Origin: the human T2T-CHM13v2.0 reference genome, Homo sapiens
Length of the DNA: 64,000 nucleotides
NCBI RefSeq assembly: GCF_009914755.1
Contig: NC_060927.1
Strand: one strand, 5' to 3'
The position numbers were made by a program, and so were the translations under genes. A model generated the notes under the pieces. That model made no database searches. It was not told the origin of the DNA and saw only the letters and a list, made by a program, of their open reading frames with translations. Shown one piece after another: positions 1-14,898 of this stretch; the stretch's first letter is position 1, and every line of letters starts with the position of its first letter.

Positions 1-265
1 CCCAGTAGGGAATAAAGCAGATTTTATTCCTCCTTTTTTAATTGACACCAGATAGTGCTGTGACAATTTTTATCAGCAGGTCTTACATTTATAAAATTGG
101 TATGTAATTCTCAGCATTTAGCTAAAATAGTCATGTTAACAATATTGAATTAACAGGTATTTTAAGAAATAAGTTTTGAACAGAAAGAACTATAAGAAAC
201 AATTATTAGAAATTGCCAAAATCTATTGTAAACTAAAATAGTGTAATTTGCTTTTGTTTATGAAG

Positions 266-369
266 GTTAAATATGAGTGCCTGGCAGAGGAAATTAAAAT
301 AGGAGACTATTACCTGAGATTACTATTGGAGGAAGATGAGAATGAAGAAAGTGGATCAATTAAGAGATC
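266..369 (+). CDS. DNAJC13: Exon 23 (aa ~816-850) [21 protein letters not shown]...IKRS
   Basis: tgaag|GTT acceptor, TC|gtgag donor, 104 nt. Confidence 0.93.
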
Positions 370-457
370 GTGAGCTACTCTGTATATCCTGTCGCATTTG
401 TTTTCACTGTTGGTTTCATGGCTATTTCTATTGTGAACTTTTTTTTTTTAAATCTAG

Positions 458-617
458 GTATGAATTTTTCAATGAGCTTTATCATCGCTTCTTGCTCACC
501 CCAAAAGTAAACATGAAGTGTTTATGTTTACAAGCCCTTGCTATTGTTTATGGCAGATGTCACGAAGAAATAGGACCTTTTACAGATACCAGATATATCA
601 TTGGAATGTTAGAGAGG
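458..617 (+). CDS. DNAJC13: Exon 24 (aa ~850-903) [11 protein letters not shown]...GMLER; contains N855
   Basis: ctag|G acceptor, AGG|gtaag donor, 160 nt, phase matches previous exon. Confidence 0.95.
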
Positions 618-1094
618 GTAAGGATATCATTTAAGGAAATTACTATTTGATAGTGTCACTAGGGTATGTGTTAAATTTTAAAAACTAAATTTAAATTCTG
701 TTTGATCACATTATTACTGTAACTTTCTGCATTCATTTTTCTGTAATTTATACTTATTTAAATCTGAGTTAGATGAATAGGAAAATGAATAATGGGTTAG
801 AATTTGTCCATGTCACTTTATGTGTTTCAGTTACTGTTTTCAAATGACTTTAGTTGACCTACTTGTCAGTCTTTAAGTATGGATGAGTTGGACAGGTGTA
901 TAAAAGAAATGGTGACTTGTAGAGTTGTATGTACCTTTGATTTTCCATTTTGGAAAAATCTTAATTGATGCTACCATACTAAATTTAGAAGTGTGAAGAT
1001 AGTAAAAACCTTTTAAAACTACAATGCTACCCTTCCAAAAAAGAAACCTTGAGTTAGCACTCTACAAAAAATTTTATACAGTTTGTCAAATAAA

Positions 1095-1235
1095 AAAATT
1101 AGTGGACGTGGTGGCATGTACCTGGTGGTTCACCTGGAAGTGGGAGGATCACTTGAACCCAGGAGGTTGAGGCTGCAGTGAGCTGTGATCACACTCCAGC
1201 CTGGATGACAGAGCAAGACCTTGTCTCAAAAAAAA
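1095..1235 (+). mobile_element. Old Alu right monomer (AluJ/FRAM-like)
   Basis: gggaggatcacttgaacccaggagg...gagcaagaccttgtctcaaaa. Confidence 0.8.
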
Positions 1236-1703
1236 TTTTTTTATTTTAAGAATTTGTCATTTAACATTTGAACATGGTGGAGGGGACAAATTAATCAATT
1301 CATCATGCAGCTCATTTGATTGCTGCCTGTTTGTTGCAGTGTATATGTTTTATACTTTCTTTTGTGTTTACATCCTTTTACTTCAAGTATCATTTGGACC
1401 AATTATTTCACTTACATTATTTCACTTACTTGAATTTTTACTTATCTCCTTAAAGCTATATATTAATCTGATGACTTTAAAATGTCTGCCTTTCTAGGGA
1501 GATTAGACAAGTTATATAAAGAATGTAATTTTCAGGATTCATTAAGGAATTGCAATAATTGACAGATTTCTATGATTTTTCTCCTTAATGTTTATAAAAT
1601 GGCATTACTTCTTATGGGCTGTTGGTTTATTTTGTCTAGTAATAGTAATACCTTAATTTTTATTTCTATTCACTTCTGACCAGATTCTCATTTATTTCAA
1701 TAG

Positions 1704-1766
1704 TGCACAGATAAACTTGAACGAGATAGGTTGATTCTCTTCCTTAACAAGTTGATCCTTAATAAG
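1704..1766 (+). CDS. DNAJC13: Exon 25 CTDKLERDRLILFLNKLILNK
   Basis: atag|TGC, AAG|gtacag, 63 nt. Confidence 0.93.
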
Positions 1767-2845
1767 GTACAGTAGTTTCGCATACATACATTGTTATTTC
1801 CAAGTCATATAAGTATGTAAGATAAACTCACAGTTTGAGTTGATTATCCAGGGAGTGTTCTTTTCTGTCTTCTCCTTTTTAGACAGAAAGTTCTGTGTGC
1901 TCTAATCTCCTGGAGGGAGAGGTTTTTGTCAGTATTCCCTGTATAGTCTGTCTTAATATTGTGGGTGCAGAATGAATTAATGATAATAAAATTCTGAATG
2001 ACGAATAATGGATGACTTTTAATACATTAAAATGATTTTTAATAATAAAAATTAGCTTATTTTTCTTTAGGGACTCTTTAGGGTTAAATTTTAAGTAAAA
2101 TATATGCTTGACATAAAATGGAAAGTCTTTATCAGTGTACATTTTGTTGATAAAAAGTAATTGGAAGTTATAAGATTAGTCATTTTACTCTGTATTTTCT
2201 TTTTAAAGACATTTTAATAGGTTCATGCTCATTTCAAACAAGAGGAATTCACAGTTGTAATATATAACATTAATTCACAATTTATGTTGAAGTGTAAGCG
2301 GATTTTCATTTCTTAAAACTTTGATACTAATACCAATTTGCATAGTTTTATTCTTAAGTAATGCAAATGTTTTAAACTGAAGTGTAATTATAAGTACAAA
2401 GAAATTTTAATTGAAATTATAGTCTCTTAACTTCTAAGAAATTACCAGTTAAGTTTATGAAAACAAACTGGAACATTAAAAGATTTTTTAATATAGCAGA
2501 CTTTATTTCTGATATAGAATAATCTGTTTATTAAAAAGACCTTGACAGAATAATTGTAAAACCAGAGGTTGTTTTTTCCTCAGAATATATTTAAGTAAAA
2601 ATTCTTAAGTGATCTCTTTGTAATATAGTTTTGCCCTTTTAATCAATTGGAATTCAGGTTCCTTGAACACAAAATGCTGAAAAGACCAAGTAATACCAGT
2701 CGTATCACTTATTTCCAAGGACTCCAAACATTCTTTTCTTCGAGGACCTTGTAGGTGGTAGTACCTATTGGGAAAGGTACTATTGGGATAGGTTTTAGGT
2801 TATGAAAAATGTTTAGATTACGAAAAAAATGTTTTCCTCTTCCAG

Positions 2846-2947
2846 AAAAATGTTAAGGATCTCATGGATTCAAATGGAATAAGAATCCTTGTGGACTTGC
2901 TTACCCTTGCACATCTCCATGTAAGCCGAGCTACAGTACCACTGCAA
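2846..2947 (+). CDS. DNAJC13: Exon 26 [11 protein letters not shown]...RATVPLQ
   Basis: ttccag|AAA, CAA|gtacgt, 102 nt. Confidence 0.93.
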
Positions 2948-3509
2948 GTACGTATCCTTGTTTACGTTTTACAAATTTAACGTTCTTTGAGTATAATTTT
3001 AGAGGCAAAAGAATCATAGAAATCTGAAAAGATGTGGTCACACACTTATTTTTCCAGTAATTACAGTAGTACTAGTTCTGAGATTTCACACAGAAGATGT
3101 GAAACCACTGTAAGAACGATCCAAAATGGACAGTAACGATTGAGTTTTATTTTGTCAATTAAAGTAACTGTATCTCTAATATGGCTTATCTTGAGGCAAT
3201 GTGACTTTTAGGATATAAATTGAATTCATTAGATATGTAAATAGTACTTTTAACATTGGCAAGCAGTAAGAATATGCTTTGCCTTAAAGGAGTCTGGACA
3301 CCTTCTTGATACCAGCCAAGAGGACTGATACTTAACTTATAGAAGAATCTATCCTTAGCTCATTTGATGTTTTTGGTGTTTTAATTTCCTGATGTAAGGA
3401 GATGTGTCATGTTAGATTTCGTGTGAATTGTGACCGAAAGTGCTATTTGAGTATTTAGTATATGATGTATTCTGTTATATACCATTACAACAGGTACTGT
3501 TCTGGTACA

Positions 3510-3690
3510 CATACAATACATTAACTTTTTGAATCCCCCAACAGCCCTTGGAGGTGGTTACTATCCACATTTTATAGATGAGGAAACTAAGGAACACAGA
3601 GGCTATCTTGCCCAAGGTCACCTGATAAGTGGCAGAGCTAGAGTTAAGACCCAGAAGTCTATATGCTCATAACAACTTTGCTGTACCTCT
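3510..3690 (-). mobile_element. MIR SINE
   Basis: cattttatagatgaggaaactaagg...cttgcccaaggtcac MIR core, reverse orientation. Confidence 0.7.
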
Positions 3691-3782
3691 CTATATGAGT
3701 CTAACTGAAAGCTGATAATTATGGCAGTATTTAAAAACATGTTATTTCATTCTCAAGGAAGGTGATTGTAAGAAAAAGAACA

Positions 3783-4070
3783 GGCCAGGCACAGTGGCTC
3801 ACACTGGTAATCCCAGCACTTTGGGGGGCTGAGGCGGGAGGATCACTTGAACTCAGGAGTTCAAGACCAGCCTAAGCAAATTGGCAAAACCTGTCTTGAC
3901 AAAAACAAAAAGCCAGATGTGGTGGCACACACCTGTAGTCCCAGCTACTTGAGGGGCTAAGGCAGGAGGATTGCATGAGCCTGGGAAGTCAAGGCTGCAG
4001 TGAGGCATTTTTGTGCCATTGCACTCCAGGCTAGGTAACAAAGTAAGACCCTGTCTCAAAAAAGAAAGAC
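3783..4070 (+). mobile_element. AluJ
   Basis: Dimeric Alu with ggaggatcacttga and aggctgcagtgag AluJ-type positions. Confidence 0.9.
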
Positions 4071-4702
4071 AAAGAACATAACCATGTTGTGATAAAATAA
4101 CCCGACTACATAAAAATTTTAACCTAGATTCTTGTAAAACATTGATAGAGAACATTGTAAGAATTATTTGTAGTAAGGGTAATAGGTATTAAATTGAGAC
4201 TATATAAAACCACTGAAAACTAACTTTGCTGTTAGCATTTTAATGCTTTGATCTCAGATACTTATTGGAACTCTTAGTTGGAGTGAGTTTTTCCCCCAAA
4301 ATAACTTTAATATTTTGAGCATTGTTGCTTAAGATTAATGATACGTATCTATTTACATAACTATTTGCAATATTCTTTGCTACTAAAATCTTAGTGTCCT
4401 CGGTATTTATTAATGACCATGGGGAATGTAGATGTCACTGAATTTAGCTTAGATTGCTGAGTGTGAACTTAAGAAACCATTTACTTCAAATGTATATTAA
4501 TAAGGAAATAGTTTTTTTGGACTGTTAGGTTAGGCATTTTGTCCTAAACTCTTAAATCTTAAAATAAGGTCACTTAAACTTTCAGGTTAACTTTTAAAGG
4601 GATATAAACCCCTCCAAAGTACTGCTGTGCAACTTTGTTTTACGACATCTGGTCTTTTAGATTTCTGCCTTGGAAAATAATTTAAATCTTTTTTAAACTT
4701 AG

Positions 4703-4807
4703 AGCAATGTAATTGAAGCTGCTCCAGATATGAAAAGAGAGAGTGAAAAGGAATGGTATTTTGGCAACGCAGACAAAGAAAGGAGTGGCCCGTATGGATT
4801 TCATGAG
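4703..4807 (+). CDS. DNAJC13: Exon 27 SNVIEAAPD...[18 protein letters not shown] (start of GYF_2/DUF4339-like segment)
   Basis: ttag|AGC, GAG|gtatgt, 105 nt. Confidence 0.94.
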
Positions 4808-5065
4808 GTATGTATCTTGGAGATACTTTTGGTGAAGGTCTCAGCATTTCTTATGCCCTCCTGCTTAGCACTTACAGAGGCGTGGAATGTTTTAAAGCTG
4901 TCATTTAAATTCCTGTTATTAGCTCCAAGGGCCCTGCAACTCAGTTTCCACATGAAAAATGGAGAACCAAACATACATATAAAATTATGCCTTCAAACCT
5001 TGTTTAAAAGCTGTTGTTATGGAGATAGCACTCAGGTTTTTAGTGATTTTTATGTAATAATTTCT

Positions 5066-5379
<314 letters not shown>

Positions 5380-5851
5380 CTATAATGTTTCTATATGGTA
5401 TGAATAAGTAAGTTTTAATATGCAGTCTAAAATTCATTGAAAATTATTCAGTCCAAGAGCTAAGGACAGTTTTCCTCTTTATCTTGATACTTGATCCTGC
5501 CTCTGATCTTCAGCCTCCCAGGCTCATTTCGAATTGGGCAAAGATAGTTTTATGGAGGACCAACCATTCTGCTCTAGTATAATTTGATTATTTAGCACCC
5601 CACCTGTCATTTTTACTCTTTCCAGTATTCTTTATGCTCTGCAGGTTGGCCAGGTGGTGGGTTTTTTGGTTTTTTTTTGTATTAACCAAATTTGGGTTCC
5701 TAAAGGCCTGTCAACAAAACTTATTTTTTCTGAAATAGTGTACTTACATGTTTGTTTCATAATTTAGTATGTATTTACTATAAAGTAGAAAACACTAGTG
5801 AGGTTTTTCATTTTATTTTGTCTGTTTGTAATAATGCCTTCCATCCATTAG

Positions 5852-6054
5852 ATGCAAGAATTGTGGACCAAAGGAATGTTAAATGCAAAAACCAGATGCT
5901 GGGCTCAAGGCATGGATGGATGGCGACCACTTCAGTCCATACCCCAGCTTAAGTGGTGTCTCTTAGCCAGTGGACAGGCTGTCCTGAATGAAACTGACCT
6001 TGCTACCCTTATATTGAACATGTTGATCACAATGTGTGGATATTTTCCAAGCAG
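5852..6054 (+). CDS. DNAJC13: Exon 28 MQELWTKG...[11 protein letters not shown]...CGYFPSR
   Basis: ttag|ATG, AG|gtaaaa, 203 nt. Confidence 0.95.
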
Positions 6055-7064
6055 GTAAAATGTAATTGAATGTTTCCATGGTTAATTGATATGCTTCCTT
6101 AGTAACAGCATAGAATCGGTCTGGTGTTTTAAAACAAAGATGTCCTATTTATGGCCTTGGAGGAATGCTGTTTTGACCTTTGGAATTTTTTGAAACAGAT
6201 ATAAAGAATTTGCAAATTATATTAATAAAGTTGCTAAAAAAGCAACTTTTTCTGGGAGATTTCAAATAATGTTACAAAACTGAGACTTACAATAGTAACA
6301 ATTTTATAATTTATGTGAATTGGTGTTAATGTTTTGAATTACATACTGCAGTCCATAGACAGTGGTGAATGCCAGCTGTTGATCTGACACGCTAGCTATT
6401 TCTGCTATAGAAGGCAAGTGTAGGCCCACGTCTTGCCCCACTTGACCAGTGAAGGTGAGAATTTGTTCTCCAAGTCATAAGGATAACACTTGCATGTAAC
6501 TTTTTAATCTTTATGAAATAATTACATATAAATCATTTTGATTCATTACTGTACTAAAGATATCTTGTGATGGAAATTACTGAGAAACTGTAACATTTTA
6601 AAACACTTGAAGTTTTCATGGTTCCAGTTGGACTCAAAATTATACAGTTAGTATTTAGAAATAAGGTAGCATTAAAATTAAAGCTATACTTGGAAAATAC
6701 CAAACATAGTTAAATCAAGGTTTAAATTTATGTAACAAAGTTTGATAAGCCCTTTGGGGGAAAATACCCACTGACAGTGTGTTGAACAACACCAAGTTTA
6801 ATCAATTAAATAATAAATAAGAGTCTTTGGCTCTTCTAGGGTACTGTTTTTCAAGGAAATCTTATGGAAGGAAATGAAGTCATATTAAGCAGCCAAATAG
6901 ATTTAAACCAAAATACCTAATCATGTTCCCAGCTGTATGAGAGCTTAGTCTTCATTAACAAAAAAGTAAGGTAACCTGCTTCATGCCTAGTAGAATGTCG
7001 TATGCTCTGAACATACAAATTTTAACAAATATATTAAATGTTGACGTGAGAAAATGTTTTCTAG

Positions 7065-7149
7065 GGATCAAGACAATGCCATCATTCGGCCTCTACCCAA
7101 AGTGAAAAGACTGCTGTCAGATAGCACTTGCCTTCCCCATATTATTCAG
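7065..7149 (+). CDS. DNAJC13: Exon 29 [28 protein letters not shown]
   Basis: ctag|G, CAG|gtgagt, 85 nt. Confidence 0.94.
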
Positions 7150-7259
7150 GTGAGTTATGTAATCAAACTAGGAGCAATTTTAAGAATCATTTTCTCTGAA
7201 TTTTATTATCAGTACCAGTCTTTGTTTTGTTGCAGTCTATTCCATTTTCAAAAAGCCTA

Positions 7260-7915
<656 letters not shown>

Positions 7916-8555
7916 TATTTCACTTACTCTTGAGTTGCTGAATATGCTGTGGAAGATTGAGCCTAAACATGAGAAGTTTCTAGATTCCAGAATTGTGCTA
8001 AGAGAGTTTTATTTATTACCTATTTTTAAAATCACACCACTTTAATATCTGAAAAGTGATTTATTCCAGTTTGTGGTGTATGTTGATGTTGTTAAGACTA
8101 CTGGGAGGTACACCAGCAGGCCACAGGGGTGGACTTGGTGGTTCATATCTTAAGAAGTAATCACAGCAGTCTTACTAACTTCTGCCGTAGATTTTGACTA
8201 TTCTTAGTTATGTTTTCATTGATACCAATGATTCAAAGCATTGAGTTGGTATTAATCTAGGATACACCAAAATATCTTTTTCTTTTGCATTATTCTGCTT
8301 TTTTGGAATTAAGCTATTTAAACTTCAGATTAACATTAAACCCAAATAAGTCAGGTCCTAGACATTTCAGGCAAATGTTTCTATTAAGTTGTATGCCAGT
8401 GACTTGTGCCATTTGTACCTTTCAGTTGTACATTGGTCTGCAATGGGAAAGAAGAGTTAACTCAGTTTATATATTTTTACATTCACTTATTTACTACCTA
8501 AATGCTTATGTAAGTCATTGATGCTGAAAAAGACTTCTAAATACAGTAATGCCCT

Positions 8556-8586
<31 letters not shown>

Positions 8587-9725
8587 TGCCAATTTCTGTT
8601 ATTTAAGCATACTCACATTTTAACATTTCTTTGCTTTTCTTTTGTGGACATTTCCATTCGTATCCTTCAGTGAAAAAGCACTGCAATTATTGAGGGCTCT
8701 AAACTATTACCACATCCCCTTTCCTGTGGGGCCATGTGGCTGCATATGTGAGGTGATGCAAAGAGAGGAATTTTTTCTCCCTGATAGACCCTCTCAACAT
8801 GTGGATAAAACACCACACCCAAAAGATCAACCGCTCCCATTTTTCTAAGTCTTACGAAACTGAAAGGAAAAAGTAAATACAAATGGCATTAAATTTCAGT
8901 CTAGGAAGGGATGATTAAAAAACTTTTAAGAAATGTGCTCAGCATAACATGAAGCTTGGGGGAGGGAGGCTTTCTTTTAATTAACCAAAAATTTTCAGTA
9001 ATATCTGAACAAAGTGATTAAAGATACTTATATTGATAAATCTAGCTTCGAACAGTGTGTGACTCCTATTTTTTTATATTGAGTTCAAAAATTATTTTTA
9101 AGAAGTTATTTTTGTTTTTCTTTTAATTTTTTCTATTCTGGGAGACCTGAATCATGCCAAAGCACAGTTAGGTGGCTATAGTAGTTTCTGGGAATGTTAT
9201 CTTCATCGGTTGGAAAGGGATATCTGTACTTCATTTGACTTTAAGAGCAGTCATCATTTTTACCATCTGATAGAGCTTCAGAATTTTTAGAGTAATCCAA
9301 AATACAGTGAGTAAACGTTCTAGGTTTTCTAGTATAGTGATAGTTTGAAATACTCTAGGTGTGTGTCTGTGTGTGTGCTGAATAAATGTTATAGGTTTTC
9401 TAGTATAGTGACAAATTGAAATACGGTGGGTAGTTGGGTGTGTGTGCGTGCTTGTGTGGGTGTTTGCCACTAATTTCCGTAATGTCAAGTCTTGAACTAC
9501 TGCCATTAACACTAGGGAAAATTCTATATGACTGTATGTTTCCTTTTTAAAATATGTAATAGTATGAAACGCTTAATCTAAATTCCTTGTGGAATAGATA
9601 AGACACCAAAGCATAGAGAAATTTAAGTTATTTACTTAAAAGACCCATAGCTGTTTAGTCTCACATATGAGTATAGAACTTTGGCCTCCTAATCTGAGCT
9701 ACTTACTCTCTTTATTGTAAATTAA

Positions 9726-10032
<307 letters not shown>

Positions 10033-10782
10033 TGTAATTTTTTTTTTTTTTTTTTTTTTTTTTTACTGGGAGCATTTGACCCCGAATTGAGGATTCATTG
10101 GAAGCAAGTGTTTTATAGAAAATTGGAACGACACCTTTATTAAGCTTCGTAGATAAAACTTATTAAATGTTTATCAAAAGTTTATTCATAGCAATTCTGT
10201 ATGGTTTTTAATTAGCCCAGATTTATTAGAGTAATTCCAGAAATTCCCTTCAGTATTTCTAGCTCAAATTTCTAGAGGCCACATCTTTTGGTACTTCCTG
10301 GTAGCAGATGTACTACCTGATACTTGTTTACCCTCTTGCCTGTTACCTGCACTTCTGGATCTACCTTTTAGGCTGTTTTATTGATCATTATTTTCTGCTC
10401 TGCTCCTTGAGTTCTCAAGAAGCCTTCAGGGGATTCTTGTGTCAGCTCAGCTGAGTTGAAACAAACCGAGAAGTCTTTTTAGGAAGATTCTTGCACAAGA
10501 AGCAATGTTACCTGTAACATTATGACAAAACTAGCTTCAGGCATGTTTGGGCTTTTCTGAATACATTTTGATCAATTCTCAATTGATGTTCTGCATTAAA
10601 TGTTGTAGAATGAATCATTTTTCAAATCTGTTGTGGGTCTGGTAGATGAGCTTACTGACTCCCATGGGTTTTTATTTTATAATTTACATAAGGAGCTATA
10701 ACCTCAGCATATGAAATAAAAAACCTAAAGTGATGATGCAGGTTTTTTACAACCCAATAAAAACATTTTAATTTTTTTTCAG

Positions 10783-10937
10783 CTACTGCTGACCTTTGAC
10801 CCTATCCTTGTTGAGAAGGTTGCTATTTTGTTATACCATATCATGCAAGATAACCCACAGTTACCCCGCCTTTATCTGAGTGGAGTATTTTTCTTTATCA
10901 TGATGTACACAGGTTCCAATGTGCTTCCTGTTGCTCG
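10783..10937 (+). CDS. DNAJC13: Exon 30 [12 protein letters not shown]...GSNVLPVAR
   Basis: ttcag|CTA, CG|gtaaga, 155 nt. Confidence 0.94.
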
Positions 10938-11460
10938 GTAAGAACTTTAAGGGTAATCTATTTAAAAGTATTATTTGAATTTTATATGGACTGATTTAAT
11001 TGAATTATTTGTGAGTACCTTATTGCTTTTATTAAAATTATAATTGTAAAGGCTATTTAAGTACATGTCTAAAGAGTTGGAAAGCAGAAGAATGGGGGAA
11101 AATTACTCAGAATTGTACCACTATTCCACATCTAGCATAAGAATGTATTATCTAGTATTTAAGTATGTATTTAATATAACTATATTCATATTGTACATGC
11201 AGTTTCACATTTTGCTTTCTTAAAGTTTAATAATTTTTTTATATTGTCACATAGCTTTAATATGACTACACTTTAAAAATCTTTCTAGTTCATTTAAGTT
11301 CTTGCCTTATTCAGAAATTAAATAATTTGGGAATATGGATTTATGTGAGTTGCCATTTGTGAGTTTTATTTAGCTATAAAAGATCTAGTCTTTAGAAAAC
11401 TAAGGTTACAAAAACTAAATCGGTTTCTATATCTGATAGATAATTCATTTTTCTTTCTAG

Positions 11461-11506
11461 ATTTTTGAAATACACACATACCAAACAGGCTTTCAAGTCA
11501 GAAGAG
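11461..11506 (+). CDS. DNAJC13: Exon 31 FLKYTHTKQAFKSEE
   Basis: tctag|A, GAG|gtaagc, 46 nt. Confidence 0.93.
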
Positions 11507-13381
11507 GTAAGCCAGGTTAATCCTCTGAATACTTAACCCTGGGTAAGCTGTTTTGGCACTATAAAGTTTCCTGAGCTGTGTATTATGTTTACTAGATTAT
11601 AAGTACTTGAGGGTAGGTATTGTTTTATTCTGTTCTTACATTGTTTGTGGTACCTTGCACATATAAAGTCTAAGCTAATATTTTTAAAGGAAAATAAATG
11701 TTGCTGACTCATTAGACTTAATATTGAAATTGCAGCTATGAACTATAGCCTGACACCTCCATGAATATAAGTTGTTCTCTTTGTATAAAGTTTAGATTAG
11801 TGATTTTTGTAAATAATTCATTATGTACCTGAGTCTTACATCGTCAGCTAAGATTCAGGAAGACTTCAGCCTTTTTGTTCAGATCCCAAAGTGGCAGAAG
11901 TGCTAGGTTTCTTTTTTGAAGCTGCTCCATGTTTCATATGCTTTCATTTTACTGTGGGGTTAAGCTGGGAATTAAAAAAAAAAAAACTTATTTAGGTAGT
12001 TTTGACAATCTAAACTTAATGCCTACATTTTACAAAGAGATATTTATTGTTAAAATGAAACTGAAGGGTGTTTTGAAATATGTTCAGCTTTTCATGGAGC
12101 ATGGATTTTTTTTTGGATCATATCAAGCAGAATAAGAAACCAAAACCAGACCACTGTTGAGAAGACTAACCAAGGAATGTTGCACCACCTTGACAATAGA
12201 CACTAAATTATATGTTTTATAGAGCAGCCAATGAAGCCCTAGAAAGTAACCCATTTGTCTAATATTAAAGATGCCCATGGCAGCATAATTTCCACAGCTT
12301 TTTACAAATAGAAAATGAGAATATAAACAAGTTAAAAAAGTCTCTAATGATAGTACCTTCATGTAGTATTAGACATTTGGGCATTCTTTTTCTTCCTTTA
12401 TTTCTGTGCCATTATGCATATTGTAATTTTTTCCAAATTTATTAGAAATGATTTGTATCATTTCAGCTAACAGTATTTTGAATAATTATAGCAAAACAGT
12501 GTTTATAGCACAAGTCTGGATGTATGAATTACCAAATAATAGTATTGAAGAATACAACTAGCAATTCTTTACCCAAAAGTTTAACAGATAGTGAATTTGT
12601 TACTCTTATTAGCAGAAAGCCTGAAAATATTCATCTTCTAATTTGTCTTTGCACCACATGATAAAACAATGTTTGGGTTTTTTCCCTCGTCTCTTTGTTT
12701 TATCCTAGAGAAGTAAAATGTCTTTAAATTTGCCTAGAAGGAAATAAGAAAAGCATTTATTTGTATAAATCCTAGCTAGCCCTTGGGATTTTATTTCCAT
12801 TGAGTAAAGAAATGAGTTTAAAATTTAGTATGATCATTATCCTAACTCCATTTGGCCTGCCAGAGGATATGGACTTCGCAAAGCAGTTAATTATAATTAC
12901 TTTAAGTAGAAATTCTCCATCTAAATCCTAGCTACATTTCATGAGGACAGGCTCTTAATGATCTTCTGAACTTATTTTTGAAAACAGAAGCAAGTACAGG
13001 TGGGACCTACAGCCAACAATATAATGCAGGATAATTGATGTAAATCTTCTTGGGATATTCCTTCTGTTATCCATTACTGTTACACATGGTCAAAGGCCAG
13101 TCGTCCTAAATAATATTGGCAGCTTGTGACACTTAAAGCTAAGACTGCTGCAGGGCCAGAGGCTGTTGGTTCTGCCTTAGAGCTCATGCCAAGCCAGTTT
13201 GTACCAGATACCTTCCAGTTCACATTTTGCTGTGTTTCCATCTACATTCCCAAAGCATAAAAGCAATTTGTTCCAATTGTGTTCTTTTCTTAAAGTGTTC
13301 TCTAACCATAAATCATTTATTAGAAAATTGAAAGTTAACTTTAGTGTTTTTGACTACCTTTTGTTTTGTTTTGTTTTGAAG

Positions 13382-13536
13382 ACAAAAGGACAAGATATTT
13401 TTCAGAGAAGTATACTTGGGCACATTCTACCTGAAGCAATGGTTTGTTACTTAGAAAATTATGAACCTGAAAAGTTTTCTGAGATTTTTCTAGGAGAATT
13501 TGATACTCCAGAAGCAATCTGGAGCAGTGAAATGAG
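13382..13536 (+). CDS. DNAJC13: Exon 32 [10 protein letters not shown]...[12 protein letters not shown] (IWN-type repeat)
   Basis: tgaag|ACA, AG|gtaaat, 155 nt. Confidence 0.93.
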
Positions 13537-14898
13537 GTAAATAACCAGTTGACTGATTGATTTGTATTTTATAATTAAGTCTTTGCTGCTCGCCATCTGC
13601 TTTGACTTCTGTTAAAAGAAATGTTTTCACTAGGTTTATAATCTAAAATGACAGTAATCATTGATGCCAAATCAAATGATGGATTTTGATAAGGCCTTAA
13701 GGTTTTCTCTATTCTAATAAGATTTGACAAAATTGCTATTACCTTAATAGAGCTTTATATAATGGTAGGGCCTACCAACTGCTGGTACTTCTTAAATCAG
13801 TTTATAGAACTCGTAAGGTTTTAGGTAATGAACTGATAATATATATATAGGGAATTGGGGTAAAATCAAGACATACCTCTGGGTATCTGGAAGTAGGACT
13901 ATACTCCCACTAATTAAAAGCTATGCCCACATAATTTGGATCGATGAATCAGAACAGAGATACCCGAAATTATTCTAGAATGTGGGCTCCCTTACCAACA
14001 CCTTTTGTCCTTAATCTGGAGGTTAGCATTCCTAAGGTATGTCTTTGTTGGGGGGGAATGCCATAGGAGAAACCTGTGGAAACACAGAAAAAGGAAAGGC
14101 TCAGAAGCAGATAACAGTGCCCAGCCAGTTTCTGTTCAGAAAAGACTTGATACTTCATATTTCCAGTGTCAAGGCTATCTCTTTTTGGAGAACCCCTCAA
14201 TTCCCTTAGCTAGATAGCATTAGATCTTCTATGTCAATTACTGACCCTCGTCAGACTGCACACACTCCATGCCACCTGCTTGTTATCATTTGACTTCTTG
14301 ACCTATGGGCTTGGCATGTGTTAGCCAGCAATTTGAATATATTCTGTATGGCAGTCATATTTTTCATTGGGAAAAAATATATAAGAATATTAATAAATTA
14401 GCAACACAGTTCTTCTGTGTAATATTTTTCTCCTGAGATTGGCAAATATAAGGCCCCATCTAAAAGACGAATTGCTCTATGTGCTGATAAGTTTCTGCTT
14501 AGCTGAGGCCAGATCCTAGACTACAGTAAGTTAATTGAAATAAATACCATCTAGCGAGCTTCTTTGGATAATAGCCAGTTTCAGTTTCCTAGCTACACCC
14601 TCATGCATTCAGATGCTATACCATTTGCCCTTCTAATGGCTGATTTTTTAATAGGAAGGACTGGGATTATCAGCCCTTTTCTCTATGATCTTCTTTACAG
14701 ATGAGTATCATAGATAAGTTTTTTCCATGTTTGTACAATAAAATGCCCAAAGTACCATATTTAAAAGCTCTCATTTTAGGATAATCATTGAGTTATTCTA
14801 TAGATGATTCATGTAACTATCTTACATGATTATGTATCTCAACCTTCTCTTTAAAATAATACCTCATAAAGCTTGAATGGAGGTTTTTATGATTGTAG

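Noticed and set aside
336-650. 104-aa ORF running through the 88-nt intron 23 into exon 24
   Set aside because: Starts out of frame in exon 23; the intron has canonical sites and is not a multiple of 3, so this is a chance stop-free frame.
4586-4702. Upstream acceptor (actttcag) giving a 117-nt in-frame extension of exon 27
   Set aside because: In-frame TAA at the fourth codon and no other support.
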